A DNA stretch of 64,000 bases, taken from positions 78,316 through 142,315 of the forward strand of contig CAYGJY010000001.1 in the NCBI GenBank assembly GCA_964350645.1, given 5' to 3'. The position numbers and the translations under genes are program-made. This stretch comes from an uncultured Candidatus Saccharibacteria bacterium. GTDB lineage: Bacteria > Patescibacteriota > Minisyncoccia > Phycocordibacterales > UBA918. Below are positions 39,944 to 49,980 of this stretch, in pieces. Every line of letters starts with the position of its first letter. The first letter of the stretch is position 1. Under the pieces are notes generated by a model, which was not told the origin of the DNA, searched no databases, and was given only the letters and a program-made list of their open reading frames with translations.

Positions 39944-42900
39944 ATGTTTACTCAAAAAACAATCGCAGTCTTTATTATCGCTTTTTCACTAGCGGTAGTT
40001 TTTAGTGCACCATTTACTAATGATCAGACTGGATCAATCGTTGACGCAGTAGCTGGCGCATTTGGCCCTGGAGGCGGCGACGGTGGTGATGGTGCCGGCG
40101 GTGCAGACGGTGGTGGAGCTGGTGGCGATGGTCCTGGAGGTGGTAATGGTGGTAATGGTCCTGGTGGATCTGAAGGCGGTTGTTGCGGCGGCGACATTGG
40201 CGGTGGTCGTAATGATGAACCTGGTCGTGACGATCCTGGTGTAGTACCAGCTCCTTCATGTGTCCTTAAGGTGAACAATAAAAATCAACTGACTATCACT
40301 CAAGGTGACACAGTCACGTATACGTTGACCTCAAAAAATGCTGTTTCAGCAAATTTGACAGGTAAGGGAGCGATCAATATCAATGGTCAACCATTGGTAA
40401 CTAAGATCACTACTGCAGGACAGGGACGTCAGATTAGTGCTCGGGTATTTAACGCGAGTGGTCAGTCTGCCATTTGTTCAGTAACCCTTAATGTCAACGA
40501 AAAGCCTGCACCAGATCCTGCTCCAGTATGTACAGCAAAATTTATTCCCACTTCTGTGCAGGTAAATACTCCCGCAACCCTGCAGATCAATGGTTCAAAC
40601 CTAGCTTCTGCTTCTGTAAACAACGGTGTTGGCGCAGTAACTGTTGCTCCAAATAATGCGGGTAGCAAGTCAGTCACCCAAACAACCGTTGGAAAGAAAA
40701 CCTACACCGTAACCGTAACTAACAACCAAGGTCTTACTGGATCTTGTACAGCAGATCTGACGACTACTCCAGTACCGGTAGTTGTTCCTAACCAAACTTG
40801 TACCCTTTCACCAGCAACTCAGGAAGTAACTGTGGGTGAAACGGCAAAGCTTACTTGGAGATCTACTAACGCTGACTCAGTCACGGTCAAGCGAAACGGT
40901 GGTTCAATTTCAACTTCTAAAAATGAAACTAATTTTGCTCAGACACTCGGGGTTGGAACCTTTAATTACGAACTGACAGCAGTAAAAGCGGGTAAGACAG
41001 ATGTAAAATGTAACGCAACGATTGTGGTTAAGCCAGCTGTTGTTGGAGGACTCTCATGTGCAGCTAACCTAACAACATTTACGGCAGCACCAAGTAATCT
41101 GCCAGCTGGTGGTGGTAATACTACGTTGGTGTGGGCAGCGACTGGAGTTGATTCAATCGAAATTGATAACGGCGTTTTGGCGAACACCACAACTCTAAGC
41201 GGTAATGACACAGTGTCAGTAGCTCAAACAATTACCTACAAACTTAAGCTGATCAAAGCAGGTACAACTCCAGTTGAGTGTCCTTTGACGGTCACGGTTG
41301 CTCCAGCGATTACACCGCTAACGTGTGCTGCTAATGTTACCTTCACGGGTAATGGTTCAGCTGGAACGGTGAACTTGCCATCAAGCGGTGGCGATGTTGC
41401 TCTAGCGTGGACAGTAACTGGCGCTGACTCAATCGAGATCAACAACGGTGTTCTAGCAAATACAGCGACACTTATTGGAGACAATACTCAGACTGGAATT
41501 ACGGCTGACAAGACCTTTACGCTTAAGGCATTCAAGGCAGGAACAACCCCAATTGAATGTCCACTGCTTGTTGATGTAGCAACTGGCGGCGGCGGATCAT
41601 CTGATCCAGTCTGTCAGTTTGATGTTACTCCGACGAACTTCACCAATGGAACTGGTGGATCAGTATCACTCAATTGGAGCTCAACCAACGCTGATTCAGT
41701 TACTCTCGACGGTGTCGAGGTTGCCCTAAACGATACAATTACTAAAAACGTTACCACCCTTGGAAATACAACCTTTACGATTGTAGCTACGAAGGGAAGT
41801 AAGACTGATACCTGTACTAAGACTGTGACGGTATCGAATCCAGGCACGAGTAACCTTTCATGTGACAGCTTTACCTCTAATCGAGATGAGGTTGGAACCG
41901 GAAATAACTATACTCTTTCATGGAATACAACTGGAGCGACACTCGTCACAATCAATCAGGGTGTTGGCATCGTAGCGGCGGATGATTCAGTTGAACTTAC
42001 TGCTCCAAATGATGAACAAACAATTGACTATACTTTGACGGCTACTGATGGTACTAACTCAGTGACTTGCCCATTGTCTATTCGAGTTGATGGTGGCGGA
42101 GGTGGTGGGGGTGGTGGTTCATCAAGCCCACGCTGTACGTTTACTGCATCTGACCGTTCAATCCGTTCTGGACAAGAAATTGAATTAACGTGGACAACCC
42201 GTAGCGGACGAGACCTCAGTATTTTTGAAGGTTCAGTGCGCAACGGTGAGAAACTTCTCGAAACCGATGATGATGACACGGTTGATGAGGGCTCACTTAA
42301 GGTTCGGCCGACAGAAGATACTACCTATACACTTTTGGTAGAGCGAGGTTCACGAGATCGAGAATGTGATGTAGAAATTAAGGTTGAAGACAATGTCGTG
42401 GTTACCTCAGTTCGAAACCAAGGTCAGGTTGCTGGTATTTCGCTTACATCTGTACCGTACACAGGATTTGAAGCTGGCCCGATGCTTACTCTTCTCTTCT
42501 ACGCGATCCTTGCTGTCTGGGCTTTGTTCATCGCTTACTTACTTGTGATTAAAGAAGATCGAGTATTGGGTATCTCACTCGCTGGTGCGTTCCCAAAGAA
42601 AAAGATTTTGACTGATGATGTCAGTACTATAGCTACTGATGTTCACACTGAAACGTCAGAAGCAGCAGCGTATGTAGCGTCAATGACAGCACAAACAACT
42701 GCGACAGTACCACTCGCTACGGCTGCTCCAGTAACATCGGCTCCAGCTATCCCAACTAATCTACCAATCGCGAGCCCGATCATTGGGTATGCTAATACTC
42801 CAGTTGATGACACTCTAGAAGCAATTGATGCTGAAGACGAAGCGAGTCAAGAAATGAAAGAGCTAGAAGATCGAGCACACGCGAACAAGGTTTTGCTCTC

Positions 42901-43453
42901 AAGTGACGCAATGCGACATTTCCTGACTATGTGTCCAAAAGAAATCAATCGCCTAACGTTTCTAGATCAAGTGATTGCCGAAGCTAAGGTCTCGTACCCA
43001 TCTGAAGATGGTTGGGTGGTCCTTAACCTCGAGCGAATGCATGAATTGTGTGATAAACGAATGGCGTACATGAATACTGGCACTGAGTCAGTAATGGTGG
43101 CTGAAGACAAGAAAGTCATGTCAGCAACTGATACCGTGACCGTACCTGAAGGTTCTGGTTCGCTTGCTGAAGCGATTGTGACGGGTAATATTGCAGCGGC
43201 GTACCAACTACTTGGTAATCGTCCAATGATTTCACTGGCCGATGCAGCCGCTGATCTCGATGCGCTCTACCGAACCAGAAAAGGTGAAGACGTGAGTATT
43301 TCAAACATGCTCGCAACTGAATCAGCTGACTTGTCGGTTGCACAGATTGAAGCAGCGATTGCCGCTCTGACTTCAGCGATTGATGGTACATACACGGACG
43401 AAGCTGCAGCTGTGAAGATGGCGATTATGAAGGCTGTTAAGGCAACTGCTTAA
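39944..43453 (+). CDS. Large surface protein with Cys-bracketed Ig-like repeats, VPYTG sorting motif, TM helix and long C-terminal domain
   Basis: Signal/TM, Gly-rich linker, repeated C...L.W......A..V.I...TY.L.....C units, VPYTG (42452-42466) then a hydrophobic helix. Confidence 0.85.
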   Translation: MFTQKTIAVFIIAFSLAVVFSAPFTNDQTGSIVDAVAGAFGPGGGDGGDGAGGADGGGAGGDGPGGGNGGNGPGGSEGGCCGGDIGGGRNDEPGRDDPGVVPAPSCVLKVNNKNQLTITQGDTVTYTLTSKNAVSANLTGKGAININGQPLVTKITTAGQGRQISARVFNASGQSAICSVTLNVNEKPAPDPAPVCTAKFIPTSVQVNTPATLQINGSNLASASVNNGVGAVTVAPNNAGSKSVTQTTVGKKTYTVTVTNNQGLTGSCTADLTTTPVPVVVPNQTCTLSPATQEVTVGETAKLTWRSTNADSVTVKRNGGSISTSKNETNFAQTLGVGTFNYELTAVKAGKTDVKCNATIVVKPAVVGGLSCAANLTTFTAAPSNLPAGGGNTTLVWAATGVDSIEIDNGVLANTTTLSGNDTVSVAQTITYKLKLIKAGTTPVECPLTVTVAPAITPLTCAANVTFTGNGSAGTVNLPSSGGDVALAWTVTGADSIEINNGVLANTATLIGDNTQTGITADKTFTLKAFKAGTTPIECPLLVDVATGGGGSSDPVCQFDVTPTNFTNGTGGSVSLNWSSTNADSVTLDGVEVALNDTITKNVTTLGNTTFTIVATKGSKTDTCTKTVTVSNPGTSNLSCDSFTSNRDEVGTGNNYTLSWNTTGATLVTINQGVGIVAADDSVELTAPNDEQTIDYTLTATDGTNSVTCPLSIRVDGGGGGGGGGSSSPRCTFTASDRSIRSGQEIELTWTTRSGRDLSIFEGSVRNGEKLLETDDDDTVDEGSLKVRPTEDTTYTLLVERGSRDRECDVEIKVEDNVVVTSVRNQGQVAGISLTSVPYTGFEAGPMLTLLFYAILAVWALFIAYLLVIKEDRVLGISLAGAFPKKKILTDDVSTIATDVHTETSEAAAYVASMTAQTTATVPLATAAPVTSAPAIPTNLPIASPIIGYANTPVDDTLEAIDAEDEASQEMKELEDRAHANKVLLSSDAMRHFLTMCPKEINRLTFLDQVIAEAKVSYPSEDGWVVLNLERMHELCDKRMAYMNTGTESVMVAEDKKVMSATDTVTVPEGSGSLAEAIVTGNIAAAYQLLGNRPMISLADAAADLDALYRTRKGEDVSISNMLATESADLSVAQIEAAIAALTSAIDGTYTDEAAAVKMAIMKAVKATA

Positions 43454-43478
43454 GCAATTCCTCAACAAGCTGTTTAAA

Positions 43479-43516
43479 GCACGAAAAAGCCGCCCGTACG
43501 GGCGGCTTTTTCGTGC
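43479..43516. terminator. Bidirectional terminator
   Basis: gcacgaaaaagccgcc / ggcggctttttcgtgc inverted repeat. Confidence 0.85.
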
Positions 43517-43525
43517 GTCTTACCT

Positions 43526-45295
43526 TTATAATTTCTTAGTCTCAATTTCTTCTAGCAGACGCTTCATAAGGTCATCAAGCGATAGCTCTTCCGAGCTTCC
43601 GTCACGATCTTCAAGCGTGACTCCACCGCGCTCGACTTCTTTATCGCCAATGACGAGGAAGTAGGGGAGTTTGGCTTTTTTAGCGTTGCGAATTTTTTTA
43701 CCCATGCTTTCGTTACTGTCATCGAATTCGACGCGTAACCCAGCCGATTTTAATTTGGTATATATCTCACCCGCAAACACATTATGAGCTTCTGCTACAG
43801 GTACCACAGCAATCTGTATCGGGGCCAGCCAGAGTGGGAGATTTCCGGCCAAGTGTTCAATCAAGACTGCTGAAAAACGCTCTAATGAACCAGCGATGGC
43901 TGCATGAATCATTACGATGCGTTCTTTCTCACCGTTTTCATTGGTACAATCGAGTGTAAAACGATCGGGTAAGAGTCGGTCAAGTTGAATAGTAGCCACT
44001 TGGTGAGTGCGCCCAATCGAGTCTGTCGCCATGAAGTCAATTTTAGGAGCATAAAAAGCTGCTTCACCAATCCCAATGAAATACTCTGTATTACGACCTT
44101 CGGCAATTTCCTTCATGAGTCCTTCGGTCTTTTCCCAGACAGCGCTGTCACCTAGGTACTTGTCTTTCTTTTCTGGATCATGGAATGAGAGTCGGACTGA
44201 CAGCTCAAACCCAAATGGTCCGTAGAAGTCATCAACAATGTCCCAAATTGCTTCGAGCTCATCTTTGAGCTGTGATTCACGACAGAAAACGTGAGCATCA
44301 TCTTGGGTGATCGAGAGTACTCGGGTCAGTCCAGATAGCTCACCAGACTGTTCAGCCCGGTAGACCATGGTTGTTTCAGCGTAGCGTTGCGGAAGGTCTC
44401 GGTATGAACGGGGGACTGAGTCGAATATCTGGGTATGGTGCGGACAGTTCATTGGTTTCAAGACATACTCTTCATGATCGTCACCTTCTTTGGCACGGAC
44501 TTTGAAAAGGTCCTCACTATACTTTTGCCAGTGACCGCTAGTTTCGTACAGCGCTTTCTTGGCGATGTGAGGGATCGTGACACATTCATAGCCTTTTTCG
44601 CGACGTAAGCCGGTCACAAACTCATCAAGTAGTCGGCGCATAGTGGTGCCCTTTGCACTCCAGAGAGGTAGTCCAGGTCCAACAAGTTCTGAGAAGGTAA
44701 ACAGACCTAGTTCCTTGCCTAGCTTGCGATGGTCTCGCTTCTTGGCTTCTTCAAGCTGGGTTTCGTAGGCAGCGAGTTCTTCAGCAGAATCAAACGCCAG
44801 ACCATAGATGCGAGTGAGCATAGGATTCTCTTCGCTGCCGCGCCAGTAGGCGCCAGCAACTTTGTCGAGTTTAAAGCTGTCAGCAGCAATTTCTTCGGCT
44901 GGATTCTCTGAATGTCCACCGCGACAGAGGTCGGTGAATTCAGCTTTAGTGCCAGCTCCTGCTGTGTAGAGGGTGATAGTTTCACCTTTGGCTGCAATCT
45001 CATCGATGAGTTCAAGTTTAAATTCGTTGTTCGCAAATACAGCGCGGGCTTCGTCAGTAGAAACTTCCTTATGATCGAAGCTCGTCCAGGCGCTAAGCAT
45101 TTTTCGCATCTGTTTTTGGATTGACTTTAGGTCATCATCACCGGGCGCTTCGCCGGCTGAGAAGTCAATATCGTAGTAAAACCCGTTGTCGATGGCAGGG
45201 CCGAGGGTAAGCATAGCGTGTGGGTACTCCACTAAAACTGCAGCTGCCAAGAGATGAGCCAGGGTGTGTCGTTTGTGTTCTAGGTTTGTGTTCAT
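43526..45295 (-). CDS. thrS: Threonine--tRNA ligase (no N-terminal TGS domain)
   Basis: RHTLAHLL, DLCRGGH, RDHRKLG, KPMNCPHH, QDDAH, AFYAPKID. Confidence 0.98.
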   Translation of the reverse strand: MNTNLEHKRHTLAHLLAAAVLVEYPHAMLTLGPAIDNGFYYDIDFSAGEAPGDDDLKSIQKQMRKMLSAWTSFDHKEVSTDEARAVFANNEFKLELIDEIAAKGETITLYTAGAGTKAEFTDLCRGGHSENPAEEIAADSFKLDKVAGAYWRGSEENPMLTRIYGLAFDSAEELAAYETQLEEAKKRDHRKLGKELGLFTFSELVGPGLPLWSAKGTTMRRLLDEFVTGLRREKGYECVTIPHIAKKALYETSGHWQKYSEDLFKVRAKEGDDHEEYVLKPMNCPHHTQIFDSVPRSYRDLPQRYAETTMVYRAEQSGELSGLTRVLSITQDDAHVFCRESQLKDELEAIWDIVDDFYGPFGFELSVRLSFHDPEKKDKYLGDSAVWEKTEGLMKEIAEGRNTEYFIGIGEAAFYAPKIDFMATDSIGRTHQVATIQLDRLLPDRFTLDCTNENGEKERIVMIHAAIAGSLERFSAVLIEHLAGNLPLWLAPIQIAVVPVAEAHNVFAGEIYTKLKSAGLRVEFDDSNESMGKKIRNAKKAKLPYFLVIGDKEVERGGVTLEDRDGSSEELSLDDLMKRLLEEIETKKL

Positions 45296-45312
45296 AAGTA
45301 GGGTGTTTGTTG

Positions 45313-45477
45313 GATCTTAAAATCATAAGCCCTGAGATTCAACGGCTTCGCGCTGCCGCGCTGCAGATGTTTCACTATAGTGCTTAAAATTTTAAGATCG
45401 AGAGACTTCCAGTGTGTGCCGAAGCATCTGCAGCCGGCTTCTGTAGGCGAAGCCGCTGAGGCAGGCACTGGAAGTCT
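45313..45477 (-). other. Interlocked inverted-repeat element in the thrS leader
   Basis: Pairings 45313-23/45389-99, 45339-73/45421-59 and 45403-14/45466-77. Confidence 0.6.
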
Positions 45478-45489
45478 TGAGAGGTTACA

Positions 45490-45655
45490 TAATAAAACGT
45501 CCGAGCAAAAATTCAATGTCTTTGAATTTTTGCTCGGACGATCTAATCGCGGTTCCACCGAGCTTCTGAGTTAGTATACCGACTCAGCACTTCATTATCA
45601 GATTAGGCTTGTGCGCATTGCTGCCTTCGGTTGGTAGCCGAAGCAATCTCTGAGT
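45490..45655 (-). promoter_or_regulatory. T-box riboswitch (Thr) with ultra-short Stem I and intrinsic terminator
   Basis: T-box GGTGGAACCGCG (45548-45559), antiterminator partner CGTCCGAG, overlapping 19-bp terminator stem (45498-45540) plus T-tract, Stem III (45566-45587), upstream hairpin with loop CUACCAA (ACC = Thr). Confidence 0.8.
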
Positions 45656-45661
45656 ACAAAT

Positions 45662-45690
45662 ATCCTACGCCGATACAGAAGCAGTGTCAA
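45662..45690 (-). promoter_or_regulatory. thrS promoter embedded in the dnaE 3' end
   Basis: TTGACA-17 nt-TAGGAT on the minus strand; the -10 overlaps the dnaE stop codon. Confidence 0.7.
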
Positions 45691-48600
45691 TTGCAGTTTC
45701 TTCAGGGGCGAGATTTTTTAGGCGATCAATCAAGATGCTAGGCTCATCATTACGAATACTGAGTTTGCCTTTAACGGCCACACAGGTACCGGGTACCAGC
45801 AGGTCTTTATTCGCTTGGAAGACTTCAGGGAAGGCGACCATTTCAATTGAATCAGTCTGGGTGGCAAGCTGTACAAAAGCCATGCGGTCGCCTTTTTTAG
45901 TGAGAAGTTCCCGGACAGTCTCGATCATGCCAGCAGTAATGAGTTCACCCTTCATTTTGACAATTGAAATTTGTTGGCCATCTTCGACGGCGCGCTTGAT
46001 CTCGGTGACAGCCGTGCGTTTGTTGAGTTCATCTTTGTATTGGTCGAGTGGATGACCAGACACATAGACTCCAAGGAGTTCTTTTTCCCAGAGTAATTTT
46101 TGTTCTTTACCAGCCGCGGTTGCGGCTTCGAGCACAAGGTCATTAATGCTTGATTCAACACCACCAAAGAGGGAGTCTTGGTTGGCTTCTTTCCCGGCCA
46201 CGTGTTCCTTGTTGAAATACAGCATCATTTCAAGATTATGCATTAAGACACCACGCTCTTCAAAACGATCAAAGGCACCGGTCATAATGAGAGCCTCGAG
46301 GGATTTTTTGTTGAGATTTTTGTCATGAATGCGAGTGAGGAAATCGTTGAGGGACGTGAAATTACCATCAGCTTTACGGTTACTAATAATTGCTTCAGCA
46401 ATGCCAGCGCCGAAGTTTTTGATCGTCGTAAGTCCGAAGCGGATTTGGTTTTTATTGGGGACCACTGAAAATTCAGCGAAGGATTCATTGATGTCAGGTG
46501 GTAGTACTTCAATACCCATGCGCTCACATTCATTAATGATCTCGGAGATTTTTTCAGTGTCGCCTGAGTCAGCAGTGAGAACAGCTGCCATGTACTCAGG
46601 TGGAAAATTAGCTTTCATATAGGCCGTCTGGTAGGCAACACGACCATAGCTCGCCGCATGCGCTTTGTTGAATCCATAGGCCGCAAAAGGCTCAATCAGA
46701 CTCCAGAGTTTGTCAGAGATGGTCGGTGATAGTTTGCCGTAATCACGGAAACCATCGAGCAATTTTTGCTTTTCAGCTTCCATCACTTCAGGAATTTTTT
46801 TACCCATCGCCTTGCGCAGTTTGTCGGCATCGAGCCAGGAGTAACCGGCCAGTTCAATTGACGTCATCATCACGTCGTCTTGGTAGGTAATAACACCGTA
46901 TGAACGGTCAAGAATTTTTTCAAGTCGAGGGTCGAGGTAGGTAATAAGATTGGTATTGTGTTTGCGCTCGATGTATTGTGGGATCGATTCCATTGGTCCT
47001 GGTCGATACAAGGCCACCATCGCGTTGATATCGTGGATTGAAGTGGGTTGCAGTTGCTTTAAAAATGACGTCATGCCGGAGCCGTTGAGTTGGAAGAGAC
47101 CCATGGTCTCACCGCGAGCCAACATGTCGAAAGTCTTCTGATCATCGAGAGGGATATTTTCGATATCAATATCAACGTCATGGATTACTTTTACGCGCTT
47201 CACCGCGTCAGCCAAGATCGCTAAGTTTTTGATTCCCAAGAAATCAAACTTCAGTAACCCAACACCGTCTTCTCCGACAGAATGCATTTCGTATTGAGTG
47301 ATGTATTTGCCAGTTTTGGAGTCAACCTGGATGGGGACGAATTGGTCGAGTGGCTCGGGTGCGATGACGACACCAGCTGCGTGCACACCAACGTGACGTA
47401 CACGACCTTCGATCTTTTTGGCGAGGTCGATTACTTCACGGGATTCGCTGTCTTGTTTGTAGAGTTTTTGGAGGTCGGGTTCAATGTCGAGTGCTCGATC
47501 GATAGTCATAGCAAAGCCTTGGCTGCCCATAGGGATAAGTTTGGCAATCCGGTCACCAGTAGCATAGGAATGGCCAAGAGCACGAGCGACGTCACGTACG
47601 GCCGCTCGCGCCATCATTGTTCCGAAGGTACCGATTTGGGCTACTTTATCTTCACCGTATTTTTCTTTAGCGTATTCGATGATTTCATCGCGGCGATTAT
47701 CAGCGAAGTCCATATCGATGTCAGGCGCTGAGGGCCGCTCAGGATTTAGGAAGCGTTCGAAGGGGAGTTTGTATTCGAGTGGGTCTACGTTGGTAATACC
47801 GAGGACATAGGTGGTATACGAGCCAGCGACCGAGCCCCGAATAGTGGTGAGAATACCTCGATCGCGGGCTTCACGCAGCAAATCACCCACTACCAAAAAG
47901 TACTTGGCATAGCCTTTGTCCTTAATTACCTTGAGTTCATAGTCGAGACGTTGTTTGACCGTGGCATCATGAATATCATGTCCGCGCCACGTGACTCCAG
48001 CGTAGGCTGTATCTCGTAATTCATCGTCTGGTTCTTTACCACTCTCAATAATAAAATTAGGGAATTTCCAGGCTTCCATCCCGAGAGTGATTTCGACGTT
48101 GCATTGGTCAGCAATTTTTATGGTATTGCTGAGTGCTTCGGGTGTGTCAGCAAAACGTTCTTTCATTTGTACTTGCGTCGTAAAAGAAAAATCTTCACTG
48201 CGTTCTTCATTGATATCAACAATGCCACCGCTTTGGATTTTAAGCATGGCCTCGCGAGCAACGGCGTCATCTTTTTCTAAGTAGTAGATATCTTGTGCTG
48301 CGACCAAAGGGACAGTACTTTTGTGTGCCAAATTTCTGATCTTGGTCTGCAGACTGCTGTGATCGAGAATTTCTGGATGGTGGGTAATTTCTAAATAGCA
48401 GTCATCTTTGAATTGTTCCTGGTACCAAGCGAGGCTAGCGCCGGCTTTTTCGAGGTCACCATTCTTCAAGTGTTGACTGGTCTCCGCCGCAAACGATGGC
48501 AAGATACAAATTAAACCTTCTTTGAGTTCAGCCAAGAGTTCGTGATCGAGGCGCGGACGGTAGTAAAAGCCTTCGATGTTGGCGCGGGTGACGAGCTTAA

Positions 48601-48916
48601 TCAGGTTTTGGTAGCCTTGGAAATTTTTAGCCAGGAGCACTAAGCGAGCACGCGGCTTGTCGATCGGATCTTTGTCGAAGCGAGTGCGCGGTGCCATAAA
48701 GGCGTCAAGGCCGATAATAGGTTTGATACCTTCTTTTTGACACGCCTGATAGAAATCAATTGCACCATAGAGGGCACCAGCGTCAGTGATAGCCAGCGCA
48801 TCTTGGCCATCGGCTTTCGCGGCGGCCGCGAGCTCCTTTGGAGTGGGAACAGCGTTTAAAAGGGAGTACATCGAGTGGACGTGCAGATGGACGAAGTCAG
48901 CCTGAAGTGTAGACAT
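45665..48916 (-). CDS. dnaE: DNA polymerase III alpha subunit
   Basis: PHP domain HLHVHS, RGSVAGS, FERFLNPER, PDIDMD, KFDFLG, YGFNKAHA. Confidence 0.98.
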   Translation of the reverse strand: MSTLQADFVHLHVHSMYSLLNAVPTPKELAAAAKADGQDALAITDAGALYGAIDFYQACQKEGIKPIIGLDAFMAPRTRFDKDPIDKPRARLVLLAKNFQGYQNLIKLVTRANIEGFYYRPRLDHELLAELKEGLICILPSFAAETSQHLKNGDLEKAGASLAWYQEQFKDDCYLEITHHPEILDHSSLQTKIRNLAHKSTVPLVAAQDIYYLEKDDAVAREAMLKIQSGGIVDINEERSEDFSFTTQVQMKERFADTPEALSNTIKIADQCNVEITLGMEAWKFPNFIIESGKEPDDELRDTAYAGVTWRGHDIHDATVKQRLDYELKVIKDKGYAKYFLVVGDLLREARDRGILTTIRGSVAGSYTTYVLGITNVDPLEYKLPFERFLNPERPSAPDIDMDFADNRRDEIIEYAKEKYGEDKVAQIGTFGTMMARAAVRDVARALGHSYATGDRIAKLIPMGSQGFAMTIDRALDIEPDLQKLYKQDSESREVIDLAKKIEGRVRHVGVHAAGVVIAPEPLDQFVPIQVDSKTGKYITQYEMHSVGEDGVGLLKFDFLGIKNLAILADAVKRVKVIHDVDIDIENIPLDDQKTFDMLARGETMGLFQLNGSGMTSFLKQLQPTSIHDINAMVALYRPGPMESIPQYIERKHNTNLITYLDPRLEKILDRSYGVITYQDDVMMTSIELAGYSWLDADKLRKAMGKKIPEVMEAEKQKLLDGFRDYGKLSPTISDKLWSLIEPFAAYGFNKAHAASYGRVAYQTAYMKANFPPEYMAAVLTADSGDTEKISEIINECERMGIEVLPPDINESFAEFSVVPNKNQIRFGLTTIKNFGAGIAEAIISNRKADGNFTSLNDFLTRIHDKNLNKKSLEALIMTGAFDRFEERGVLMHNLEMMLYFNKEHVAGKEANQDSLFGGVESSINDLVLEAATAAGKEQKLLWEKELLGVYVSGHPLDQYKDELNKRTAVTEIKRAVEDGQQISIVKMKGELITAGMIETVRELLTKKGDRMAFVQLATQTDSIEMVAFPEVFQANKDLLVPGTCVAVKGKLSIRNDEPSILIDRLKNLAPEETAIDTASVSA

Positions 48917-49036
48917 GACCTGCATTATACCAAACTTATAGTGGGTGACTTCATTGACACCTTTTTCACTAAAGCTCCGGCTATCGCCTACGACGTCGTT
49001 CGAAAGGCATCAGCGTAGTCGAGGTACAATACTGAG

Positions 49037-49636
49037 ATGCAAAAATGGTTGATTGGAATCGATGAGGCCGGGCGTGGCCCCCTAGCGGGGCCTGTATCTG
49101 TGGGGGTGCTTAAGATACCGCCGGATTTTGACTGGGAGCTGATCCCGGGGGTGAATGATAGTAAGCAGCTGAGTGAAGCGAAGCGCGAGGAGCTTTTTGT
49201 CCGAGCCAAAGAACTGCAAAAAGCAGGAAAACTTAACTTTATGGTCGGAATGGTGGGTGCGAAGACAATTGACCGGATCGGGATTTCAGTGGCAATCAAG
49301 CAAGCGATGGATCGGGGATTGAAACGTATTGATGCAGTGTCTACTGAGTGTGCAGTTAAGCTCGATGGTTCACTCAAGGCGCTAGCTGAATTTGTTGATC
49401 AAGAGACGATTATAAAAGGGGATAGTAAGGAGCAGGTGATCGGGTTAGCGTCAATTTGTGCCAAAGTGACCCGTGATCGCTACATGAGGCGGATTGCTAC
49501 GCAATCCGCCTTCGCCCCCTACAATTTTCATATTCATAAAGGCTACGGCACCAAAGCCCACCGCGAAGCCATCGCCGAACACGGCCTATCCCCAGAACAT
49601 CGCGCCAGCTATTGTAAAAATATAAAAGTGTTGTAG
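49037..49636 (+). CDS. rnhB: Ribonuclease HII
   Basis: GIDEAGRGPLAGP, DSKQL, ASICAKVTRD, HKGYGT. Confidence 0.97.
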   Translation: MQKWLIGIDEAGRGPLAGPVSVGVLKIPPDFDWELIPGVNDSKQLSEAKREELFVRAKELQKAGKLNFMVGMVGAKTIDRIGISVAIKQAMDRGLKRIDAVSTECAVKLDGSLKALAEFVDQETIIKGDSKEQVIGLASICAKVTRDRYMRRIATQSAFAPYNFHIHKGYGTKAHREAIAEHGLSPEHRASYCKNIKVL

Positions 49637-49713
49637 AATACCTCGATCGGATCTAATGGTAGGTTCGTAACGACCCGAACACGGGCGTTTTTAGTTCTTG
49701 AGGGAGAGTTAGT

Positions 49714-49980
49714 TTGGACTTTTTAACAACAAACGCTGAGCTCATTGCTCAGTTGCGTAAAGTCGCCCAAGATAAACCAGATATGCCTCTTGAGGGAGGT
49801 GCAAAGCACTATGCCTTTGAAGACGGATTTCTGTGCGGTTACGACTATACCGAATTGATACTTGGTGTCGAAGAAGCGCTCGATCTCATAGATATTGATG
49901 AGGGGCATGGAATCACAGTGGCTGATTACCTGAAACTGGTTGATCAGCTCCCGAAAACCCAGGTGGCTTTGGCCGCCTAA
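49714..49980 (+). CDS. Acidic orphan protein ending in VALAA
   Basis: SD GAGGGAG before a TTG start; 88 aa; hairpins downstream. Confidence 0.6.
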   Translation: MDFLTTNAELIAQLRKVAQDKPDMPLEGGAKHYAFEDGFLCGYDYTELILGVEEALDLIDIDEGHGITVADYLKLVDQLPKTQVALAA

